Positions 11,336-20,791 of a stretch of DNA of 37,912 nucleotides are shown piece after piece (position 1 is the first letter of the stretch; each line of letters opens with the position of its first letter). The position numbers and the translations under genes were made by a program. Location of the stretch: contig JAADVB010000187.1 in the NCBI GenBank assembly GCA_023334545.1, positions 1 to 37,912 on the forward strand, read 5' to 3'. Under the pieces are notes generated by a model. The model worked only from the letters and a program-made list of their open reading frames with translations, was not told the origin of the DNA and searched no databases. Source of the DNA: Salisapilia sapeloensis CBS 127946 (Eukaryota > Protista > Oomycota).

Positions 11336-12700
11336 TTATTCTCGAATACAAGTCAATCTTAACACTGTTCCAGTCAAGGTGGCTACAACTGCATCATTTG
11401 ATGTTTTGAAAGGGAGCTGAGTTTGCAGTAGATAGACACCAGGAACGTATACAGTCAGTCGGGATTGTGTGACGTCGATGGCAATTGGCCCAGTAGCCTG
11501 CTTTACTTTTGGTATTTGCACGAGGATGAATACTTCTTTGTGTCTAGCTCCAGGTACAATGTCAAAATTTGGTACTTCCATGTTGTCTACCTTCTCGTTG
11601 TGTTTACCGACTGCTTTTTGTTGCTTGTACGCTGTAGCCTGAGCTTGTGTCAATACTTGGTTCTCGATATACTCGCGCTGTAACTTGTCAATAAAGTGTA
11701 GTGACAAGTCCTCATCGAGTCGTGCTTGAACCTCTTTAATCGTCTGTAGACGCACCTGATTTCCTTTGTGTACACCTTGAATGGCGTAAAAGAAGCTATT
11801 AGCTCTAGAGTAATTTGTTTCTCGATCGTGGGCATCTGCATGTAGATGTGATGCTGCACTAAAAGGATTCTGCTTTGGTAGAAGTAGAAACTCAGCATCT
11901 ATGACTTTGCTTTGAATAGCAAATTCCCCATTCAAATCAGAGTAATCGTTTGCACAAGTGAAGATGGCTGGAATGTTAGATTCTGCTATCAAATACAGGT
12001 CTTCCAGCCAGCTCTTGAAGAGCGGAGCATTCTTTGGAATGTCGAGGAAACTACCGAATCCGGTATTAAAGCCCATGAGGACACTATTTGTAGCATTGAG
12101 ATCCAGATGAGACTGTCGGAAAGCACCAAAGGTGCCACGGAAAAATTTAACAGTTGAGTGGTGTGTGCTTTCATTGTTTGATACTCGGGTAGTTGATTTA
12201 GTCGCATTCGGATCAATCTCTGGACCTGTAAAGTGTATGACAAGTTCTTTCCGAGAGAAAGCTGCCCCAATTTCGTCCCAGTAGTTTGTAATTTCCCATA
12301 CCCGTTGCTCTGCTTTTGCTGAAGCACCAATGATAACAATATGAAACACTTTCGATTCGATAGGAAGATCAAGGAGTTGTAGAGCGTGGATGGCAGTTAT
12401 CGGGTATGTCAAAGCGTCCAAGCATGATGGATCCTGCTTTGTAGATTCAAGCAAACCTCGATGCATGAGGTAAGCTTCCCATCCTTTGGCTTGAGCAAGA
12501 TTTATTGGTGCTTCGTTACGCTTGCAGGTAAGAAGAGGAAATTGTTTGGACTTTGTCCACCGAAATGTCCCGCTGTACATACCATCACTAGGCTCTAGCT
12601 CTAGATGTTTCATCTTCATCGTAATATCTTGTGAGCTGCTTGGTTGATTCGAAACACTTTGGCGCTTGGACTTCTTCGTACTCATCTTCTTCTTCGTCAT
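11336..12700 (-). CDS. MSS51/ZMYND15 C-terminal-like (Rossmann-like) domain fused to a C-terminal CS/PIH1-CS-like domain
   Basis: Single long ORF with the likely start MTKKKMSTKK at 12700. Motifs GWEAYLMHRGL, DALTYPITA, HIVIIGASAKAE, IHFTGPEI, GFNTGFG, SWLEDL, PAIFTCANDYSDLNGE and NPFS match the MSS51_C pattern. The C-terminal VFILVQIPKV...IAIDVTQSRLTVYVPGVYLLQTQLPF...VATL...VLRLT is CS-like. Confidence 0.72.
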   Translation of the reverse strand: MTKKKMSTKKSKRQSVSNQPSSSQDITMKMKHLELEPSDGMYSGTFRWTKSKQFPLLTCKRNEAPINLAQAKGWEAYLMHRGLLESTKQDPSCLDALTYPITAIHALQLLDLPIESKVFHIVIIGASAKAEQRVWEITNYWDEIGAAFSRKELVIHFTGPEIDPNATKSTTRVSNNESTHHSTVKFFRGTFGAFRQSHLDLNATNSVLMGFNTGFGSFLDIPKNAPLFKSWLEDLYLIAESNIPAIFTCANDYSDLNGEFAIQSKVIDAEFLLLPKQNPFSAASHLHADAHDRETNYSRANSFFYAIQGVHKGNQVRLQTIKEVQARLDEDLSLHFIDKLQREYIENQVLTQAQATAYKQQKAVGKHNEKVDNMEVPNFDIVPGARHKEVFILVQIPKVKQATGPIAIDVTQSRLTVYVPGVYLLQTQLPFKTSNDAVVATLTGTVLRLTCIRE

Positions 12701-12886
12701 ACTCGACTTGCGCAAAGGAATAATTAAAATGATGTCGAAACCTACATGCAATGCGTGACCAGTCACATCTACACGAAAAGGCACTTGGTATGCTCTAATA
12801 CAAGTCATGCATGGTATAAAGTTTCAATGGCAAAGAATTGATCGGACATTGCATAATAGGAACTATCAAATTTAATTCTCTAGAAA

Positions 12887-13459
12887 TTACTCTTTTATTT
12901 CGGTAGTTTTTTCGTAAGCATCTGCCTTCGTTGATAGCAACTCCATCAATCTCTGGACGAATGACTCCAGTGAAATCGTATGTCCAAGTTCCTTTTGGCT
13001 GCGGACGAAATGTTGGATGATGTTTCGGTAATGTGTTGGAAACTTGGCCTTGAGATGCTCCCTAGTTTCTCTCGTCTGAAGCTGTCGAAGGAGAAAGCTT
13101 GTCACCAACTCACTTCCAGCCGCTTCTTCCTTCACTTCATGCTGAGAACGCTGCAAATACATTAAGCGCTGGTAAAACTCCCGAGCGAGTCGCTTCTTCG
13201 TAGACTCTCGCCTCAAATCAAACCGCCTGGTCTGCGTTTGGTTTTTCATCTCCTCGACTTCATCTGATTGCAGAATGTCGATCAAGAACGCGAACGGGTC
13301 TAGTGGCTGAGCTTCCAGTAGCTTGGTCATCATCAGATGAAACATACCAGGAACATCGTTCGCACTAGCATACGCTGCCATGACATCTTGAAGGTCACTA
13401 CTGTCGTCTGCTTCCGGATGATCTTCCGATAGCAACCTTACTCTCCGTGTCAATGGCAT
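12887..13459 (-). CDS. Protein with an RIIa/Dpy-30-like dimerisation-docking (D/D) domain
   Basis: Intact ORF from ATG 13459. AYASANDVPGMFHLMMTKLLEAQPLDPFAFLIDIL fits the D/D helix-turn-helix pattern (Y...I..L...L...LL...P.DP..F) seen in flagellar and PKA-anchoring proteins. Confidence 0.7.
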   Translation of the reverse strand: MPLTRRVRLLSEDHPEADDSSDLQDVMAAYASANDVPGMFHLMMTKLLEAQPLDPFAFLIDILQSDEVEEMKNQTQTRRFDLRRESTKKRLAREFYQRLMYLQRSQHEVKEEAAGSELVTSFLLRQLQTRETREHLKAKFPTHYRNIIQHFVRSQKELGHTISLESFVQRLMELLSTKADAYEKTTEIKE

Positions 13460-13556
13460 TCCTATCAATTCGATAGCCTATTCACAATGCAAGGAAGACT
13501 CTTACCCTCGATACAAGTACCTTTGAACCACTTTATCCGTTTCAACTCCTTCCGCA

Positions 13557-13588
13557 TTCATTTTGTGTACTACATGTTCATTTTTGTG
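13557..13588 (+). promoter_or_regulatory. Two TTCATTTT(T)GTG direct repeats; candidate oomycete initiator (YCAYTYY-like) in a 185-bp divergent promoter
   Basis: The sequence reads ttcattttgtg (13557-13567) and ttcatttttgtg (13577-13588), 60-90 bp upstream of the ribophorin II ATG. It resembles the oomycete Inr core, but no clear FPR element is present. Confidence 0.3.
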
Positions 13589-13644
13589 GATACTGAACAT
13601 ATTGTGGAAACACCAAAAGCCCAAAGCACACGTGGATCGCGATA

Positions 13645-15044
13645 ATGGAGCGTTCCAGTCGACGTAGGACGATGCTACTAGCGTACATCACTACGTTATG
13701 CTTGCTTCCATTCGCCCTGGCGGCCGATGCGTCTCTGTCGCTTGGAAAGAATGTCATTTCTGCCGCTGATAAGAACCAGGAGCTCGAAATTCTATTGACA
13801 CCGCCGCAAAAGAAGCTCAAGCAAGTTACTGTCGATGCCTTAATCGACACTGATGGAAAGGAAGTGCTTAGTGGATTGGTAAGTCTCTACATATATATCC
13901 AGGATAGCATGAATGCTCATTATCAAGATGAATAGAATGCCAAGGGGGATGGCAGCAAGTTCCACGTCTCGCTCTCTGGCAAAGACAAGCTTGAGCCAGG
14001 ACTGTACAAGATGAAAGTGTCTGCAAGTCCCAAGTCTGCAGATGCCATCACCAACGTCTTGTCTCTTAAGGTAGCATAAATCTTCGTGCTTGAGATAGCT
14101 GTGACACTCATCTCTCCTTCGTACTAGATGACCACACCGGTGGAAATTGTGAACGCTAAAATCAATGACGAGTCCGTGACTGTTGGAGAGAAGCTAAAGC
14201 ACTCGAAATACAGCTCCAGTGCATCCGATTCTCTCTCGATCGAATTCCAGGTACAGAACTCGGTCACTAAGAAGGCGGTAAGTGCCCACCAAGCCATGCT
14301 GCATTTCCACGACGCCGAAACGAACACGGAGGCGTACTTTGTGCTTTTGCCAAAGAAAGACGTGTACGTCACAACCATCAATTTTGCCATGCTTAACCAA
14401 AAGTTCAAGTACACCTCTGGCAAGTACAATGTCCACCTCTTCCTTGGCGACGCTACCTTTGATGTATGTACTTTTAACTTCTTTCTACTCTTCATCGTTT
14501 AATTCTTGTATCTAGAAATCCATGGATTGGGATTTGGGAGCGGTGACGCTCGAGTTCCCGGAGGCGCCAGCACCCGCGCCGTCTCCATTGTACTCGAAGC
14601 CGTTGCTCCACGACAGTGACACTGCCTTCCACGCCCTTCCGGAAATTAAGCATGTCATGCGCCCTGAAGACCCTCGTCCTCCTTTTGTCGTCTCCGCTGC
14701 ATTCACTGCTGCTGTTCTCGTACGTCCTCTCCTGTCCTGTGGTTAATATCCACACTCACTCTTGCTTCTAGGTACCTCTACTTGTCTTTATCGGCTTTGT
14801 GTTCTTCATGGGTGTCAACGTGAACAAGTTGTTCGACGGTAGCATCCTGGTGTTTGGCACTGGTTTCCTCTTGTCGCTGACCGCCATCTTTGCGCTCTTC
14901 GCATGGTACTGGCTGGAGCTGACGATGTACCAGACGCTCGTGTACCTCGCTGGCGTCGGCAGTCTCAATCTTTGGTTTGGTCATTTAACGTTGAAGCGTC
15001 TGGCGAATAAACCATCCTCTGGCAAGACGCACAAGGTCGAATAG
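13645..15044 (+). CDS. RPN2: Ribophorin II (oligosaccharyltransferase subunit RPN2/Swp1)
   Basis: Signal peptide MLLAYITTLCLLPFALA and five exons (approx. 13645-13878, 13936-14070, 14127-14464, 14516-14721, 14771-15044). Motifs AHQAMLHF, YTSGKYNVHLFLGDA, LPEIKHVMRPEDPRPP, IFALFAWYW..LTMYQTLVYL and GHLTLKRLA. Three C-terminal TM segments. Confidence 0.92.
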
Positions 15045-15437
15045 AGAAGATGTTTTCTTTCTTCGCGCAATTGAAAAAAGAAATACTTTTTTCTTACGAC
15101 TTTACATTTGAATGTTTGTTACCGCGAGTCCATCGTCTTCGTCATTTCGCTACGATGGTAATGCACGGTCGAAGATAGTAGTATCCTTGAAAGAAAAAGT
15201 CTCGGAACGAGCGTCTACTCTAGCCTTCCGATGGCGGTCGAACCTGTCTACGCGGATACTGTTTCCATCGACGGACACGACTTTTCACATGGACGAGAGA
15301 CATCTGCCTGTAGAATCGCATATCTCTCTTCGAGTCCATCTGCCGAGTAACTTTCGATGGAAGAAGGATCCGTTAAGCAATGGCTTATATGGAAGAAAAG
15401 CAAGTAGGCAGAGAGGGTGCAGGAGAGACGTAGAGTA

Positions 15438-15704
15438 ATGGGCATTCGTGTGGTCAGAGCGAAAGACGATTCGAAGCCTCGACGTCAATCGAAGAAGCCA
15501 ACGCTTTCGCGCGATCTAAGCACATTACCAGTCCGTGGAGTTGCATGCAAGTACAACGCGATCGTTCATTCTTCGATTGTAAACGTAGCGAGCAAAAACA
15601 TTCCTACCTTTTATATCGAGTCGGACATGGCTTCGACGAGAGCAAAGGACTTGCGGTACGTTTATCCTTATGATCTTTTAATCACCCGATCTTGGCTTGG
15701 GTGA
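15438..15704 (+). CDS. Possible small basic protein of unknown function
   Basis: ATG-initiated 88-codon ORF (MGIRVVRAKDDSKPRRQSKK...) filling an otherwise empty 850-bp gap. I recognise no motif and the splice pattern is unclear. Confidence 0.25.
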   Translation: MGIRVVRAKDDSKPRRQSKKPTLSRDLSTLPVRGVACKYNAIVHSSIVNVASKNIPTFYIESDMASTRAKDLRYVYPYDLLITRSWLG

Positions 15705-15890
15705 AGATGAAAATGTCGCGGCATTCGATAAAGAAGGCAGCCTATATGAAGGATCTGTCTTTTTGTCCGAATATCGTGTCATGTCAATCATTCTGTCGTA
15801 CCAATGTAAATCCTTGTTGCATAAGCACTTTTGATTTCCATACAAGATTGCAAAGTAGATCGTACCTAAACGTAGCCGCAAACTAACTCT

Positions 15891-18800
15891 ATGGCGACTC
15901 CCATTGCCTCTTGTAGACTTCACCAAGAGCCAACGACCTTGCCATCTCGTGCACGGACATCCAGTAGATCGCACGGAACCAAGTTTACTAGCAGCACGTC
16001 CTCCATGTCATCGCTATTAGAAGATGGAGGCATGGGACCTCGAAGCACTCTATTCCTTCGTCCAGGCATCGTCCTCTTCGATCCAAAGGATTTGGAAGCA
16101 TGCACTTTGAGACGCACCTCGTCTGCTCGTAGCAACGTGCCAATGGGCAGTCGTAAAAGTAGCAGTCGCAGTCTCCTCTCCAAGCAACAACACGGTGATA
16201 CGACCACCATCATACCACAAGAATTGGATATTGATGACATCGACTCGGATGAAGAGACGAATGACAAAGAGAATGATCACCTTGGTAACGTGGACGTCCG
16301 CGATAGCGATAGATGCACGGAAGAGGTCCATACACACTTACGAAATAAAGCCGTGGATGAAATTTGCGTCACGGAGCGAAGTTACGTGAACGATATGCAG
16401 ACGCTCCTCGACTTTTACATCGTCCCATTAGAAGACAATCGACATCCGATCACAGAAGACGCACAGATCGCGGTCTTCTTTAATAACTTGCGGCAACTAG
16501 GCATGCTCAACTCCAAGCTGCTCACAGACTTGGAGCAAATCGTCGAACGGCGTGATTCGGAGAACGTAGGAGACGTCTCCGGACTACCTACAAAAGACGA
16601 AGGCATAGGAGCTGTCTTTTGTCGGTACGCTCCTTTATTTAAACTCTACGCCGGGTACGCAAAAGACTACGAAGAAGTCGCGTCATTACTACAAAGCTAC
16701 TCCAAGGATCGTCGACTGGGCTTTACTAGCTTCCTGGAATCATGTCAGCAGCGTAGTGGTTCCCAAAAGAGCTTTGAAAGTCTACTCATCATGCCTGTAC
16801 AACGTATTCCTCGATATAAGCTACTCCTGGAACGTGTGCTGCAGTACACAGATCCATCGCTTGCAGACAAAACGTTCCTTCGAGACGCTGTGAACCGTGT
16901 GACGGTCGCTGCTTCCTGGATCAACGAGAGCATTCGCGAACAAGAGAGTCTCGGCACGGTATTGCAAACGCAAAAGCAGTTCGTCGGCCAATTATCCTTG
17001 TTAACACCGAACCGAAGGCTGCTCAAGTCTGGTAAGATGATCAAAATGTCGACGAAACGACCCGAGGAAGTCATGGTTCATCTATTCAATGATCTTTTAC
17101 TCTACAGCTCCGTTCTCTTAACCGGCGGCTATCGCGTCCGCCGTGTTATTTACCTCAATTCTCCGTTTGTGGAAGTCCAGAGCAAAGTGACGACACCTGT
17201 GCGTGCCAAGATGATGTTTTCCACACGTAAAGTTGGTGACCGATGTACGTTTGTGTTTTATTGTGACGTGAAAGCAATTGTCCTGTCTTGTCAGTCTTTA
17301 GAGGACAAAGAGAGTTGGGTCGAAGCCATCCAGTCGGCGATCGATCAAGTCCAATCGACAGAAGACGAAAGTGATCTTGTCGAGTCTTTTGAAATGCCAT
17401 GGGTACCAGATAGTGTATCGGAGACGTGTAGTGTCTGCCAAGCGTCATTTAAACTCCTATTTCGTAGACACCATTGTCGACGTTGTGGTAGCGTCGTGTG
17501 TGGAAACTGCTCGAGCCATCGCTCTGTTCTCTTCTCTCCTGGTTCATACGACCCGTGTCAAGAGGAACGTGTTTGTACTCCTTGCTTCCAAGTGCTAAGC
17601 GTCGTGAAAAAAGCAGCGTATAGGTGGTTGGATCGAATCGTCCAGTATCGAGGTGTACTGCGTCGACAACGGTATCGAAAGTGGTCGGAGCATTATTATG
17701 AACTACGTGGAGGAACGTTGCGACAGTATCCTCTGCCTTCCTCCTCCCAAGTACCTTCAAGATGTTGTAGCGACTCGATGGATCTTGCTGGTGCCATCGT
17801 CATCCATCGTGCCGACACACACGTATCCTCCTATCGCTTTTGCTTCCAACTTTCCAGTGGCAACGTCCTAGATTCACCATCCGAATACAGTGGATCGAAT
17901 GATGAAAGTGTGACTGATACAGAGTCGAATATGGCCATGTTGACTTCTGCATCCACTCTTATGAGCAAATTGTCTCCGTTTAAACACGCTGTCAGTCGCA
18001 CCATTCGGTATCGAGACATGGCGTCTCCATCGAACGTACGACTGGAGACTGGCTGGACACTGTGTGCCGCGAGCTTTGAGGATGAAGTCGGATGGTCCAC
18101 TGCCCTGCAGCGAGCTGCTGATAGAGCTCTTACGAAACGGCAGAAGACTCACTTTTCACTGGACTCGACGTCTTCTCGATCGTTATACCGACAAATCTCG
18201 AAGCTAGAGATACCGACAGACGAGAGTGCCAAGGTCGAGCATCGGAGACTGCAGATTTTAAAAGAGCTCTTGCGCTCAGAAGAACTTTTCGTCTCGAGTA
18301 TGAGCGAATGCACACGTATATTCGTCCAGCCGCTGCTACTGAGGCAGTTAGAAGCTCAGAAGATGGTACGACAGCAAGGTCGATCACGCAAGCTACTTCG
18401 AAACCCTTTCGGAGCAAGTACAGGAAGCAGTATGCGTGGTGTGCCAGCATCAGGAGGTTCGTCTGCCATTCAGACCATGGGCAGTAGCACGCGTAGCATC
18501 CATTGCGTCAAGACAGTCAAGACAGTCCACAAAAAGCATTCCTTTACCATGTCCATGGAGACTGGTATGACAGCGACGCAAAAGATCATGCTGTTGGATG
18601 CTGACATGGCTATCTTTTTCTCGAGTGTAGATCAAATCTGTACGCTGAATCAGCAGCTTTTAGACCACTTGTGTCGACACTTTGGCGAGTCGAGTGAGCG
18701 GATGGAAGCAAGTCATCGCGCAGGTGCGATCTTCAATGCTTATGCACCGCTTTTTCAACTCTACGCTTCGTACGCCAGTCGGCACGAGTCGGCTTTAAAT

Positions 18801-20224
18801 GCGATTGCTTCGCCTCAATTCGCCCAGTTCTTGAGCGAGCTACCGGAGGAAGCAAGTGTACGTCGACTGCAGACGTACTTGAACATGCCGATGGAACGTA
18901 TTCCTCGATACAAGATTTTCCTGCAAGAACTACTGGAAGCCACGCCTATGAATCATGTCGACTATGTGCCACTGCAGTCTGCTTTGGAGCATGTGAATAC
19001 GGTAGCGAGTCGTATTCAGCAGATCATTGATCGACGAGAAAATGCGCGTAGGATAGATGAAATCAGTGCACGCGTCGGGATGGAACTACCTGGTCGACGT
19101 GTCGTGAAAGACGGTGTGCTGCGGAAAGTTTGTCGGAGCAAAGTCAAGAAGTACTACTTTGTACTCTTTGACGACGCGATCTTGTATGGGAGACATGGGC
19201 ATGGGCTCCAGAAGAAAAAGTATCAACTGCTGGAGCTTTGGGAGTGTCGCTTAAGCGACGACACGGATTCGATCCCAGCCGTCATCGACAATGTCGTCGG
19301 GTCAGATGCGGCCAAACACGCGTTCAACTTCTTTTCGCCGCATAAATCTTTTATACTGCTAACCGACTCGGAAGAGGAGAAAAAAGGATGGACGGAAGCC
19401 ATTCAAGCGTGTATCGAACGATCACTTCAAGGTCCACCATCATCTCGGAGTAGTGAACGCTCGGATGGATTTTTGGAAGATGAGTCATCCGAGTGGAGTG
19501 GAAATGGGGAGCTCGAAAGTGCTTTTGTGATTAAGAACGGATGGCTGAATGTAGCGAGTGAGGAGAAGAAACCGAGTCGATTGTGGGTGTCGCTGACGCT
19601 CCAGACGCTGTCGCTGTCAAGTACGTTCAAGGCAAGTCGTGCAGACGAGAGCTATTCGATGGAAGCGTGTTCGATTCGACCTTTGCCATCGGATCTATTG
19701 TTTACGGTGACGATCTCGCAGGAGCAAGTAAGTGTTTGATTAAGAAGTAATTCGTGAGGAGACATCTAATGTGACATGCGCTGATAGACAAAGAAAACGC
19801 TTGTGCTGGAAACAACGTATCGAGCGGAGAAGGAGGAATGGGTTCGAGCTCTGACGCATTGCGCTTCTGGTCAATCTCTGTCGACCGGACGCGAAATGAG
19901 ACGAAGGAGCATGAACAGTACGAGCCTAGCACCTGTCTTTATGTTTGACAAGGCTTCGAACGTCTGTACGATTTGTCTTCATAGTTTCGCCGTATACCGC
20001 CCTCGCCATCACTGCAGGTGCGTGACTAATCGCGATGTGAACGTCCCTTTGCTATCATACTCACAACACTTTTGCACAGGTTATGCGGCGCGCTCGTGTG
20101 CGGCAACTGTTCGAAACGAAAATGGAATCTGTCGTACGGAGCTAGTAGTAAAGCCTCTCGTCTATGTGATCGCTGCGCCGAGTCGACACTTAGTACCTCG
20201 AGCTCATTGTACGCACATCACTAA
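15891..20224 (+). CDS. FGD-like RhoGEF with architecture DH-PH-FYVE-PH-DH-PH-PH-FYVE
   Basis: Exons 15891-19727, 19788-20017 and 20080-20224. DH1: RNKAVDEICVTERSYVNDM...LLIMPVQRIPRYKLLL. FYVE1: WVPD...CSVC...RRHHCRRCGSVVCGNCS...RVCTPC. DH2: RLQILKELLRSEELFV...YLNMPMERIPRYKIFLQELL. FYVE2 is completed by splicing: FMFD...CTIC...RPRHHCRLCGALVCGNCS...RLCDRC. Confidence 0.92.
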
Positions 20225-20791
20225 CTCGAGCGATAAAAGAGACGTATAGACAATGTGTTGTGGTTAATTCTGAATCATATTAATTTTGTTGGCTACTAGC
20301 GTTCGAGATCGTCTCGGAGCATCGTTGTAATGCTGATACTACGACCGAAGTGACAAGAAATAGTCTGTTGTTCGAGCAGTTCTTTCGAAAGTGTAAATTG
20401 TACAAACGACATAGGTGTTTTCTCGTCTTGTAGGCCGACGCATGCGTCGGAACGGGACACTGGGTTCCCTTGGTAGCTTCTCACTTGGCAAAAACGTTCA
20501 GAATAAAAAATCAAACTGGCAGCTGGTCTCAGCACTTGGAATTTGTATACGGACATGATTTCGGTATGGTAACTTCGGATTTGTAACGCCGCATCGCACA
20601 ATACTTTCGGGCGCCCAAGGCAGTACACGAGGCGACAGACAGACTGATTGACGTCGTCTCGTTCTCCAGCAAGTAGTTGCCCATCGCTCTTCATTACTGG
20701 TGACGCTTGTCAGTAAAAGGACGAGCCTTCCGCCGCATCTTGCCTCACACGTCGTCTTGCTCGATTAAGCGGGTTCACTCGAACAACGTAC

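Noticed and set aside
15248-15445. 65-aa minus-strand ORF with a signal-peptide-like start (possible small secreted effector)
   Set aside because: It has no RxLR/EER or Cys pattern of a known effector class, no supporting splice model, and is short enough to arise by chance.
15692-15886. ORF as a second exon of the 15438 ORF
   Set aside because: The obvious GT (15656) to AG (15706) splice leads directly to an in-frame TGA.
20296-20694. 132-aa minus-strand ORF between the RhoGEF and coiled-coil genes
   Set aside because: It has no recognisable motif or compositional signature. It cannot be excluded, but the sequence alone does not support it.
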